DNA of 64,000 nucleotides from Eubacteriales bacterium. Its GTDB lineage: Bacteria > Bacillota > Clostridia > Oscillospirales > CAG-272. The notes beneath the pieces are model-generated. The model saw only the letters and a list, made by a program, of their open reading frames with translations, did no database searches and had not been told where the DNA came from. The DNA is taken from NCBI GenBank assembly GCA_045577925.1, contig JAZNJH010000025.1, positions 36,307 through 100,306 of the forward strand, in the 5' to 3' direction. Below are positions 1-9,418 of the stretch, one piece after another (the first letter of the stretch is position 1; every line of letters begins with the position of its first letter). A program made the translations under genes and the position numbers.

Positions 1-1
1 A

Positions 2-3000
2 CAGGCAAATGACACAATCGTTTTTTGTGACGATGTGAACGAAAACGTAACGATTGACAAGAATATCACACTTGACGGTGCTGATAAGCAGTACACCGGT
101 ACGATGACTATTTCCGACAACAAGACGGTTACGATTGCTAACGTAAATTTTGTAAAGGGATCGATCACCGAAGAAAAGGGTACACACGGAAAATTGACAA
201 TCACGAACTGCGATTTCGATGACAGTGACAAGTCAACAAATTATGCAATTACCGTTCGCGGTAGTGATAATGTCGTTATCGAGGACTGCACTGCAACGGG
301 TTATAACTACGGTATGCTTTACATTCCTTCATCTGTAGCTAATATTAGCGTGAAGAATGTTGAAGTAATTAATTCTACTGTAGCATTCAACATTTCATAC
401 TCCGGCGACGGCAGATTTGAAAATGTAGAGCTGACCAATGTTACGTACGGTCTCCATGTTCAAAATTATGGAGCAAGAACATTTACACTGACCGGATGTG
501 AATTTGATTGCGGTTCTCCTGTATACGTTCAGAAAAAAGGAACGGCTTATGTTACCTTCAAGTTTGAGGGTAACAACGACTTCGGTACAGAAGAATTTAC
601 AGATCCCCTCAATGAATACGCAATACTTAAACTTGCCAATGCTGATGCAACTCTCACTGCTTGCTCAGATCTCAACGTAACGACAGATGTTGAAGGTGGA
701 GTTGTTGAGTATGTCGATGACACATACAGTGTGAAATGCCTGAAGGGTCAGGGTACACAGGAGAAACCTTACCTGATCGAAAACCTGAACGATCTGATCT
801 TTTTCCGTAACAATGTTAATGCAGGCAACACATACGAAGGCAAATATGTTCTTCTTACATCTGACATCGACCTCAAAGGTTACAAAGAAACTAATATAAA
901 TCACGAAGGAAACAACGTTTCTTCTTCTACCTTCAGACCTATTGCTGACAAGGCCAGCGGTGTTGCCTTTAAGGGTACATTTGACGGCGGTGATCACACA
1001 ATTTCTAACCTTTACATAAGCGGTTGGGATATCAATTACCATTGGGATAGTTACGGCCAGGCAGCTCTTTTTGGTACAATTGAAAATGCAACTGTCATGA
1101 ACTTAACTGTAGAAGGCTTTGAAATTCAGGTTGAAGGCGGAGACGTTGCTGCTATTGCAGGTCATGCTAAAGGCGAGTGTACATTTGAAAACATTACTGT
1201 TACAGACAGTAAGATCGCAACCTATAACAACGGTTGTGCAGGTATTGTTGCATGGACAGAAGACGGCGACTATACCTTCAAAAACATCAATATTACTGAT
1301 TCGGTAGTTCTTGCCGGTCTTTGGGGTTCATTCGACTCTTCTATCGGCGGTGTTGTTTCACAGGCTGAACCCGGCGCTGCCTATAATTTCGAAAACGTAG
1401 ATATTGCTTGCCGTCTGGATGTTTATAATGACTGCACAGCTTCCTACGACTACTATAATTACCGTATGTGCGGTATGATCATCGGCCGTCTGGAAGAAAC
1501 TATAACTGTTGACGGAAAAGCATATCCGGATATGTCCAAGTATGACATTACTTGTAAAGATGTTACTGTCACTATGGGCGAGTGGGCAAACTATCACTAC
1601 TGCGAGCCTACTCCCGGATATAATAATGGACGCGGTATGCGTGTCGAGCCCGGTTATGCATATGACGGACTGCCTGCGGATTATGACCACAGCCAATGCA
1701 CAACCAATCATATGACGGTTATGCCATTCACTTCACTCTTCGGCGGTAAGCAGTTAGGTGTAGCGGGTAATACTAAAGAAGACCTTGCAAAGCTCGGCTT
1801 CTTTGACGGTGAAAAGAATAAAGAAGAAGATATAGTAGTAATTGACTATTCACTCCCTGCAAGATCAGTAGCTGAAGTTGAAGGCGAATATTTTGACGAT
1901 CTTCAGAAAGCAATCGATGCAGCAGAAGATGGTGACACAATTACAGTAATTAATGATATTGAAAATGCACAAAATGTCACAATTACCAACAAAACTGTAA
2001 TTATCGACCTTGACGGACACACCGTTAACGGTACAATATTACCTTCAACAGGCGATATTACAATCAAGAACGGTTCAATAGTAAGCAAGAATACTGATAA
2101 TTCCGCTATTGAAATAAACAGCGGTAAGCTTACTCTTACTGACGTAAACATCGAAGGCGCACGTCATGCAGTAAGAATTGACGGTGCTGTTGAGGCGGTT
2201 ATTGACGGCGGTGAATACAAGTTAATTCCTACTGCAGGAAAAACACAGCATGCATTTAATATTTCAGGTGCAGCTAACGTTACATTCGTAGACGGTACGT
2301 TTACAGGGCCTAAAGGAACCTCTGCAGACAGCGGTGCTGCAGTAAACGTACAGTCCGGTGCAACAGCTACAATTCTTGGCGGTACGTATACAGGCGGTAA
2401 GGTTAATACCCTGGCTAACAAGGGTACTCTTACAATTTCCGGCGGTACGTTTGACCAGGATCCGACAGCCTACGTTGCAGAAGGTGCACGTGCTATTGAA
2501 GACAAGGGTAACGGCTATTGGGTAGTTCTCCCTGCAGGCGTTCACAGTATCGAGCTTTCAGTTGACAATTCTGAAAAAACATATTACTTTGAAGATACTA
2601 TCACACTCGACGTTACCGTAAACGGCGGAGCTTACGCTGTATCCGACTGGACTCTTACGTATGATACTGAAAAGCTTGAATACATCGGTACAGTTCAGCT
2701 CGACGGCGACTCAAAAGCTCCCGTTGTTAATGAAACAAGCGGCACAATAACCGAAGAAAACTACAGTAACAAAATCGGTGGCGACCTCTTCGCTGACGGC
2801 TCTAAGGTTACTTACACATTCAAGGTCAAAGCGCCTGTGGAAGATACAACTGCTCTCTTTAAGATCACTGCAGCTACCGTTGATACGGTATTGACAAGTG
2901 CTTACGGAAAGACTGATGTAAATACTCCTGAGCTGACTGTAAACATCAAGCTCAGAGAAATCGTTGAAATCACAAAGGCAGATAACGGTACTGAATTTAC

Positions 3001-3949
3001 CGACGAGCCTTACGTATTCACACACGATGAAAAAGACCACGTGATCACAGTTGATGCAGAAGATATTGACGGCGAAACGATCACATATAAGTTAGACGGC
3101 ACATCTGTTGACGAAGTTAAGATCAATGCTGCCGGAACCTATGTGGTTGAATACACCATCACAAAGGCAGGATACGATACTGTAACAGATACTATCACTA
3201 TCACAGTAGAAGAGGCTGAATTTACAAACGTTATCGTTAAGGACGGAGATGATACTACCATAACCGTCGATCCTTACAACTTCGCATTTGATAACACAGA
3301 CCACGTTATCACAATTGATGCAGATGGTGTTGATGGCGAAAGCATAGTATATACCCTTAACGGCGAAGAAGTGGCTGCGATAAGCCTCAAGGCTGTTGGA
3401 ACTTACGAGATCGGATACACGATAACGAAGGACAGCTACACAACTTACACAGGTACACTCAAAGTTGTTATCACAAATCCCGAATTTGTTATTGAAACAA
3501 GCGTTTACACACTTAACGACCATACTCTCGTAATGCTTTATACAACTGCTGACGGTATGTATCCTAAGCTTGGATCAGACGCAATGTTTGATATCACAGC
3601 AGCAGGATATGAATACCAAGAAAACGAAGACTCGACACCTGTTCCCTACGCTAAGGTATACGGTATAGTTCTTCCCAAGGCAGAGGCAGCCGATCTTGAA
3701 GCTCTCAGAGCATCGATCACATTCTCAACCAAGAAGCCGTTCGTAATCGATCCTTACGATAATGACGTAACGTTTGACTCTCAGGTTAACTCAAGAGATA
3801 TCGTTATTGCAGTTAACGTTTACAACGATTATGAAGACATTCACGGCAAATACGATATGATGAGCAGAATACTCAAATCTGACGTAACCGGCGACAAGAA
3901 GGTTGATATTGCTGACGTTACAGCTATCGAAGCTGAAATATACGGCTGA
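2..3949 (+). CDS. Very large secreted surface protein, 5' end cut by window edge: parallel beta-helix / GLUG-type N-terminal region, internal cohesin-like module, two tandem ~85-aa repeats, C-terminal dockerin-like module
   Basis: The reading frame stays open from position 2, with no stop upstream of the listed GTG at 35. Beta-helix-like turns repeat in the N-terminus (NVTIDKNITLDG, VTIANVNFVKG, LTITNCDF, VVIEDCTATG, ISVKNVEVINS, FENVELTNV). A GLUG-type segment FKGTFDGGDHTISNLYISG is present. The cohesin-like block is SIELSVDNSEKTYYFEDTITLDVTVNG...WTLTYDTEKLEYIG. The C-terminus has duplicated Ca-binding dockerin-like segments DVTFDSQVNSRDIVIAVNVY and DVTGDKKVDIADVTAIEAEI. Confidence 0.85.
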   Translation, partial: QANDTIVFCDDVNENVTIDKNITLDGADKQYTGTMTISDNKTVTIANVNFVKGSITEEKGTHGKLTITNCDFDDSDKSTNYAITVRGSDNVVIEDCTATGYNYGMLYIPSSVANISVKNVEVINSTVAFNISYSGDGRFENVELTNVTYGLHVQNYGARTFTLTGCEFDCGSPVYVQKKGTAYVTFKFEGNNDFGTEEFTDPLNEYAILKLANADATLTACSDLNVTTDVEGGVVEYVDDTYSVKCLKGQGTQEKPYLIENLNDLIFFRNNVNAGNTYEGKYVLLTSDIDLKGYKETNINHEGNNVSSSTFRPIADKASGVAFKGTFDGGDHTISNLYISGWDINYHWDSYGQAALFGTIENATVMNLTVEGFEIQVEGGDVAAIAGHAKGECTFENITVTDSKIATYNNGCAGIVAWTEDGDYTFKNINITDSVVLAGLWGSFDSSIGGVVSQAEPGAAYNFENVDIACRLDVYNDCTASYDYYNYRMCGMIIGRLEETITVDGKAYPDMSKYDITCKDVTVTMGEWANYHYCEPTPGYNNGRGMRVEPGYAYDGLPADYDHSQCTTNHMTVMPFTSLFGGKQLGVAGNTKEDLAKLGFFDGEKNKEEDIVVIDYSLPARSVAEVEGEYFDDLQKAIDAAEDGDTITVINDIENAQNVTITNKTVIIDLDGHTVNGTILPSTGDITIKNGSIVSKNTDNSAIEINSGKLTLTDVNIEGARHAVRIDGAVEAVIDGGEYKLIPTAGKTQHAFNISGAANVTFVDGTFTGPKGTSADSGAAVNVQSGATATILGGTYTGGKVNTLANKGTLTISGGTFDQDPTAYVAEGARAIEDKGNGYWVVLPAGVHSIELSVDNSEKTYYFEDTITLDVTVNGGAYAVSDWTLTYDTEKLEYIGTVQLDGDSKAPVVNETSGTITEENYSNKIGGDLFADGSKVTYTFKVKAPVEDTTALFKITAATVDTVLTSAYGKTDVNTPELTVNIKLREIVEITKADNGTEFTDEPYVFTHDEKDHVITVDAEDIDGETITYKLDGTSVDEVKINAAGTYVVEYTITKAGYDTVTDTITITVEEAEFTNVIVKDGDDTTITVDPYNFAFDNTDHVITIDADGVDGESIVYTLNGEEVAAISLKAVGTYEIGYTITKDSYTTYTGTLKVVITNPEFVIETSVYTLNDHTLVMLYTTADGMYPKLGSDAMFDITAAGYEYQENEDSTPVPYAKVYGIVLPKAEAADLEALRASITFSTKKPFVIDPYDNDVTFDSQVNSRDIVIAVNVYNDYEDIHGKYDMMSRILKSDVTGDKKVDIADVTAIEAEIYG

Positions 3950-4035
3950 TAAAAACCGATGAGTCTGAAGGGGATTTTTACCCGATATAGGTGAAAACCC
4001 CCTTCCTATTATAAAAACACGAGAGGAATTTTTAC

Positions 4036-5994
4036 ATGAAAAAAGTATTATCGGTATTCCTCGCACTTGCTATGCTGTTTTCCCTGCCCGTTACTGTGTT
4101 TGCGGCATCTTCGACAGACACCCAGCTTGAGCACCGTCTGACGTGTAATGACGAAACACTTTACAAGGCAGAGCCCGGAGAGGTAATTACCGTTACCCTT
4201 TCTCTGGAAAACAAAACTGCAGACAAAGGATTTACCATTAAAAACTTTCAGACAGAAATATATTACGACACAGACTTTTTTGAGTACGTGGGTGATATAG
4301 CTATTGATTCTGCAAGTGCAAATTCCAACTGGAACACCCAGGAAACCCTTCACCACAGTGAAAGACGCGTTTGTCTTAATATAATTACAGATACAAGTGC
4401 TATGATCGAGTGTGAGAGCTCTCACAAGATCGCTACCTTTAAGCTTAAAGTAAAGGATAGTGCGCTTGAAGGCTCGCAGGGCTCTGTAAAGTGCCGTATG
4501 GACGACGTTTACGCATTCGGTCCCGACTATAAGGAATACGGCGAAAGCTCTGTTCCTCTTACGGTCGTTGTAGAAAATGAAGAAGAACCCGAAAGCTATA
4601 CGATCACGTATATGAACGACGGCAAGACTTTTGAAACAGCAACTGCAACTCCCGACACGGTGATAACTAAAGCACCCGAGAATAAAAACAAGAGATTTCT
4701 CGGTTGGGAAGATGAAAACGGCAAACTCTGGCAGCCTGACGAAGTATATACGGCAACAAAGGATACTGTATTTACAGCAAAATGGGGCGAGCTGCTTCCG
4801 CCTGCATCATACACGCTAACGTTCGTTACCAACGGCGGCAGTTCGGTAGCTCCCGTTACCAAAACAAGCGGGACAGTATTAAATCTTGCTAACTACACTA
4901 CCGAACGCACAGGCTACACCTTTGACGGTTGGTATGACAGCGCTAACCTTGCTAACAAGCTTACAAGCATTACTCTGACATCAAATACAACGGTCTATGC
5001 CGGATGGATAAAAAAGTCTGTTGATGATGACGATGACAAGCCAAGTTCAGGCGGCGCGTCCACAGGCTCTACGAGATATACCCTTACCTTTGAAACAAAT
5101 GGAGGTTCTGATATCAAGAACGTTAAAAAGGTCAAGAACACGATCGTTGATCTCTCAAAATATATCCCCGAAAAGGACGGATACGTTTTTGACGGCTGGT
5201 ATACAGACAAGGCTCTGACAAACAAGGTTGACAAGATCCAGATAAAATCAAACGTCAAGCTTTATGCCAAGTGGAGTGAAGGCGAGTCCGAAGAAAAAAT
5301 CAAGCCCAATTACAAACCAGATATTCTTACAGACGAGCATTACGCTTACATTCAGGGACGTAATGACGGTATGATTCATCCCACGGCAAATCTTACGAGA
5401 GCCGAGGCGGCTACAATATTCTTCCGCCTGCTTGACGACGATATACGCCGCGGAGAAATGACAAGCACAAATTCATTTGCTGACGTTAACGAGAGTGACT
5501 GGTTCAATACGGCAGTTTCTACCCTTGCAAGTCTTGAAATATTAAATGGCAGATCATCCGACACGTTTGCTCCCAACGATCCGATAACACGAGCAGAGTT
5601 TACAACGATCGTAGCAAGACTTTCCGAGGCAGAATATAACGGCAAAAACCTCTTTACAGATATAGACGGTCACTGGGCTGAAAATTATATCAACATAGCC
5701 GCGTCAATCGGATGGGTAAACGGCCACGACGGTCTTTTCAGACCTGACGACAACATTACCCGTGCTGAAGTTATGACTCTTGTTAACCGCGTGCTCAACC
5801 GTGTTCCCGAAACTGTTGACGATCTTCTTGATAATATGACCAGGTGGGCAGACAACAGTGATGTTAATGCATGGTATTACATAGCGGTTCAGGAAGCGAC
5901 CAACAGTCATGAATACGCTATGAAAGACGGCGGCACTTTTGAAAAATGGACAAAGCTTGTTAAGAATCCCGACTGGTCAAAATTTGAAAACTGA
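4036..5994 (+). CDS. Cell-surface anchoring (scaffoldin-like) protein: signal peptide, cohesin-like module, three Flg_new (Listeria-Bacteroides) repeats, three SLH repeats
   Basis: RBS GAGAGGA precedes the ATG. Signal peptide MKKVLSVFLALAMLFSLPVTVFA. Cohesin-like block AEPGEVITVTLSLENKTADKGFTIKNFQTEIYYDTDFFEYVG. Repeats of the form YTLTF.TNGGS...GY.FDGWY...LYA.W. SLH repeats FADVNESDWF...ITRAEF and FTDIDGHWAENYI...ITRAEV. Confidence 0.88.
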   Translation: MKKVLSVFLALAMLFSLPVTVFAASSTDTQLEHRLTCNDETLYKAEPGEVITVTLSLENKTADKGFTIKNFQTEIYYDTDFFEYVGDIAIDSASANSNWNTQETLHHSERRVCLNIITDTSAMIECESSHKIATFKLKVKDSALEGSQGSVKCRMDDVYAFGPDYKEYGESSVPLTVVVENEEEPESYTITYMNDGKTFETATATPDTVITKAPENKNKRFLGWEDENGKLWQPDEVYTATKDTVFTAKWGELLPPASYTLTFVTNGGSSVAPVTKTSGTVLNLANYTTERTGYTFDGWYDSANLANKLTSITLTSNTTVYAGWIKKSVDDDDDKPSSGGASTGSTRYTLTFETNGGSDIKNVKKVKNTIVDLSKYIPEKDGYVFDGWYTDKALTNKVDKIQIKSNVKLYAKWSEGESEEKIKPNYKPDILTDEHYAYIQGRNDGMIHPTANLTRAEAATIFFRLLDDDIRRGEMTSTNSFADVNESDWFNTAVSTLASLEILNGRSSDTFAPNDPITRAEFTTIVARLSEAEYNGKNLFTDIDGHWAENYINIAASIGWVNGHDGLFRPDDNITRAEVMTLVNRVLNRVPETVDDLLDNMTRWADNSDVNAWYYIAVQEATNSHEYAMKDGGTFEKWTKLVKNPDWSKFEN

Positions 5995-6131
5995 GATACA
6001 TATTCCCGCGTATATGTTTCATAACTTACCGACAATATACATATAATGCGGGATTTGTATAAAATCCTTACCCGGAGTCATATCCTCGCTAACAGACTCC
6101 GGGCAGGGATACCTATTAAACTATTTAAGGA

Positions 6132-6311
6132 ATGATTCACTTGCAAAAAAACAAATTATGTTCAAACTGCAAAACGGGCAAAGATATGTACGAGCTTGAC
6201 AAAGCCTCTCCATTCTGCCCTTATCTTGAATTACACGACGGAAAAACATGTAGTATGTTTGTTAAACTGGAAAAGAAAAAAACTTTCTTAGAAAAGCTTT
6301 TGAGAAAATAA
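6132..6311 (+). CDS. Small Cys-rich (zinc-ribbon-like) hypothetical protein, 59 aa (56 aa if the TTG at 6141 is the start)
   Basis: The ORF falls below the track's size cutoff. Translation: MIHLQKNKLCSNCKTGKDMYELDKASPFCPYLELHDGKTCSMFVKLEKKKTFLEKLLRK. It has CxxC plus two further Cys. AAGGAA sits upstream of the TTG at 6141. A strong intrinsic terminator follows immediately. Confidence 0.35.
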   Translation: MIHLQKNKLCSNCKTGKDMYELDKASPFCPYLELHDGKTCSMFVKLEKKKTFLEKLLRK

Positions 6312-6338
6312 CAGTACCTGAATTCATTCTTGCATAAA

Positions 6339-6378
6339 AAGCAGGAGGACGTTGTTGTCCTCCTGCTTTAATTTTTTT
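6339..6378 (+). terminator. Rho-independent terminator
   Basis: AAGCAGGAGGAC-gttgtt-GTCCTCCTGCTT forms a perfect 12-bp stem, followed by TAATTTTTTT. Confidence 0.85.
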
Positions 6379-6619
6379 GTGGTATTTTCAGGCTTGTTAT
6401 TTCGCATAAAAAAACAATGTATATAAAAAATACAACAGAGATTACAATATTAAACTGATGATGTTACTGCATAAACAGCAAAGAATTAAATTATGTATTA
6501 CATCAAGAAAGTAAAAATTATTTACATTTTGCTCTTTATTTTGAGAAAAAGCCTTGCTAATTGGGCACGTGTGTGATAAAATATATAGTAAGTATAATAA
6601 TGAATCAAAGGAGCTTTAT

Positions 6620-7516
6620 ATGAGTAAATCATTTGGTCCTATTTTCAGAAAATCTGTTGGCGGATATAATAAAAGCGACGTTAATACATATATAGAAGAT
6701 ATCAGCATTCGCCACAAAAGCCGCGAGGAAGAGCTTGAAGCAAAAATATCAAGGCTTGAAAAAAAGCTTGAAGAAACCGAAGCTCTTTTAAAGGAAGCAC
6801 AGAGCCGCGATTTTTCAGAAGAATCCGCTGCTTATACAAAGCAAATAGAAGAGCTTGAAACCAAGGTTCAGGACGGCACCAATATAATAGCTGCAAAAAA
6901 TGAGCATATAGAAAAACTTGAAGCAGAAATTGCCGAAAAGACCTCACAGATCTCTGACATGGAGCTCCGCTTGAATGAGCTTGAAGAAAACTCAAAATCT
7001 GCAAATGAGCTTCTTGAAAAAGCAAAGCAATATGATCTTCTCAGCAGAAGACTCGGCGATCTTATGCTTAAAGCAGGAGATACTGCAGAGAAAATAGTTT
7101 CAGATGCAAATCAAAAGGCGTTTTCCCTTATTTCCGAGGCAGAAAACAAACGTGCTCACTGCCTTGAAGTATTAAAGAATTACACGGAAAAATATTGTGA
7201 TAAGTTGAGCGAGGTAACCGTTGCCACCGCTCAGGAACGCCTTGACAGGATAAACAGCGAGATGGCACAATTTGAAGCCTCTCTTTCCAGATCCGTAATG
7301 GATGCACGCCGTCAGAGCGGATCCATGAAAGAATATATTGATACTCTTCGTCAGAACCTTGACATCAGTCTTGACAATATTCTGAGCGATACACAGAATG
7401 AAATCCACGGTGAAAATGATGAGTCTGTAATTGCTATGGACAGAATACTTGATAATTCTGTAAACGATATCCTTTCGCAGATCAGGCAGGAGCTAGACGG
7501 TGGCAAATCCGTTTAA
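6620..7516 (+). CDS. DivIVA-domain coiled-coil protein
   Basis: Start moved to ATG 6620, 7 nt after AAAGGAG. N-terminal FGPIFRKSVGGYNKSDVNTYIEDI matches the DivIVA-domain pattern. The remainder is heptad-rich, E/K/L coiled coil. Confidence 0.75.
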   Translation: MSKSFGPIFRKSVGGYNKSDVNTYIEDISIRHKSREEELEAKISRLEKKLEETEALLKEAQSRDFSEESAAYTKQIEELETKVQDGTNIIAAKNEHIEKLEAEIAEKTSQISDMELRLNELEENSKSANELLEKAKQYDLLSRRLGDLMLKAGDTAEKIVSDANQKAFSLISEAENKRAHCLEVLKNYTEKYCDKLSEVTVATAQERLDRINSEMAQFEASLSRSVMDARRQSGSMKEYIDTLRQNLDISLDNILSDTQNEIHGENDESVIAMDRILDNSVNDILSQIRQELDGGKSV

Positions 7517-7697
7517 TGCTTATAGAAGTCCGTGAATGTCAAAAATATAATCAAAAGAAAAAGACTCACAGATAACTGTACCATATTTTAACTATTCATA
7601 CTGTGAATTCAAAAAACTTTAAGCTTAAGATCTTCATCTGATTTGCGCTATTGACTGTAATGACACAAATTTGTACAAAATACAGGACAAGAATTAA

Positions 7698-8645
7698 ATG
7701 ATCAAATATAACGGCTTACAAAACGAAGCAACAGAAATAACAGATAAATTAAGCGGCATAGGTAAGCGGATAAAGCTTATTCGCAAACGTCGGAAAATGA
7801 CACAAAGCGAGCTTGCAGGAAAAGAGATAACACGTAATATGCTAAGCCGTATTGAAAACGGGTATGCTCTTCCCTCTCTTCCGACTCTCATCCATATTTC
7901 CGATAAGCTTGGGGTTCCTGTGTCGGCTCTTCTTGATGACTCTTTTCTTGATGATCACAAAAGGGCTGAAGCTATAAGAATCGCCCGAGAGTATATGAAA
8001 CAAGGCAGATATGATGCCGCGCTCCATATCATCAACGATCCAGATATAATAAACGATGACGAAACTGCGCTTATAATCACGGAATGTGAGTTAGCACTGT
8101 CAAGAGAAAACATCCGCACGCGCAAATATTTTAACGCATATGAAAATCTGACAACAGCGATAGACAAATCCCGCGATACGATATATTCCTCTGCAGGAAG
8201 TGCATATATTGCAAGTTTGTATAAATGCCTTGCGAGAGCAATGTTACCCGTATCTGATGATACTACTGTATCTCCGCTGCCTGATTTTGATAGTTATATT
8301 GATCTTTATATTTATCTCAGATTGATAGATCTGTTTGACAAAGGTAATATTGTAAAAGCAGTAAATCTTGCAGGTCTGTGTGAAATAAGCGACAGATTAC
8401 TTTCAGCACATATTGCTGCTAAGCTTGATATGGCTAACGGAAGATACAGAGAGGCACAGGCTAAGCTCAAGCAGATAACAGAAGCTGAAAAAAGCACACC
8501 CACAGCGCTTGGCGGGCTTATGCTTTACCGTATATATTCCGAGCTTGAGCAGTGCGCAAAAGGTGAAAACGATTACGTTCTTGCCTACACGTATAGGGAA
8601 GAAAAATTAAAGCTTTATTCTCTCATGTCGGGAATAAAGCTTTGA
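7698..8645 (+). CDS. XRE-family HTH transcriptional regulator with C-terminal TPR-like helical domain
   Basis: HTH_3 motif IGKRIKLIRKRRKMTQSELAGKEITRNMLSRIENGYALPSLPTLIHISDKLGVPVSALL, followed by a ~230-aa all-helical region. Confidence 0.75.
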   Translation: MIKYNGLQNEATEITDKLSGIGKRIKLIRKRRKMTQSELAGKEITRNMLSRIENGYALPSLPTLIHISDKLGVPVSALLDDSFLDDHKRAEAIRIAREYMKQGRYDAALHIINDPDIINDDETALIITECELALSRENIRTRKYFNAYENLTTAIDKSRDTIYSSAGSAYIASLYKCLARAMLPVSDDTTVSPLPDFDSYIDLYIYLRLIDLFDKGNIVKAVNLAGLCEISDRLLSAHIAAKLDMANGRYREAQAKLKQITEAEKSTPTALGGLMLYRIYSELEQCAKGENDYVLAYTYREEKLKLYSLMSGIKL

Positions 8646-8669
8646 TCAAGGCGCAGAAAGGTTTAGTTT

Positions 8670-9155
8670 ATGAATATAATAAGAATAGGTCACGGTTACG
8701 ATCTTCACAAGCTTGTCAGAAACCGCGCTCTGATTATAGGCGGCGTTAATATACCGTATGAATTTGGACTTCTTGGTCATTCTGATGCGGACGTGCTTTA
8801 TCATGCAGTTATGGATGCTGTTCTCGGCGCGCTTGCACTGGGCGATATAGGAAAGCATTTTCCTGATAATGACACTGCTTTTAAGGATATCGACAGCGGT
8901 GTTCTGTGTAAACAGGTATGTAAACTGATGCATGAAAAAAACATGAGGATCGGAAACATTGACGTTACCGTTATAGCACAGCGTCCAAAGCTATCCCCTT
9001 ATATATCCGACATGCGCGAAAACCTTGCCCGTGTTTTTGACTGTAACACGGATCAGATCAACGTGAAAGCAACCACCGAAGAGGGCCTCGGCGTCACGGG
9101 CGAAGGTTTCGCAATTTCGGCGCACGCCGTTGTGCTTTTACACAGCGCCGATTAA
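8670..9155 (+). CDS. ispF: 2-C-methyl-D-erythritol 2,4-cyclodiphosphate synthase
   Basis: [10 protein letters not shown]...[33 protein letters not shown] is the canonical IspF metal/substrate motif set. The length of 161 aa is typical. Confidence 0.93.
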   Translation: MNIIRIGHGYDLHKLVRNRALIIGGVNIPYEFGLLGHSDADVLYHAVMDAVLGALALGDIGKHFPDNDTAFKDIDSGVLCKQVCKLMHEKNMRIGNIDVTVIAQRPKLSPYISDMRENLARVFDCNTDQINVKATTEEGLGVTGEGFAISAHAVVLLHSAD

Positions 9156-9418
9156 AATACATCTATGTGAAGCGTACCTGCAGCGGCTTATGCATATAAT
9201 GTCCTTTGTTTTCAACTTTATTTGCCACAGCATTATACGCGCGCTTTCACATTATTATTGTATGAGTCTTTGGTTTACTTGGCACCTGTACTGCTCTTTA
9301 CAAAAAAGAGCGAATTTCAAAAATGCCCGTTTTTGATTCAGCTTTTGCCATAAAGCCAATCCATATAACAAACATTTTTAATAATTAAAATATTTTTTCT
9401 TTCAAAGGAGTTATCAAT

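Noticed and set aside
7517-8645. An RNPP-type quorum-sensing cassette (regulator plus secreted pro-peptide).
   Set aside because: No adjacent short ORF has a signal-peptide-like N-terminus. The only nearby mini-ORF (19 codons, starting at about 7516) is hydrophilic and overlaps the preceding stop codon.
8646-9336. Track ORFs 8646..8933 (-) and 9130..9336 (+).
   Set aside because: The first is antisense to ispF. The second runs across the ispF stop into an AT-rich intergenic region and has an odd Cys/Phe/His-rich composition and no RBS.
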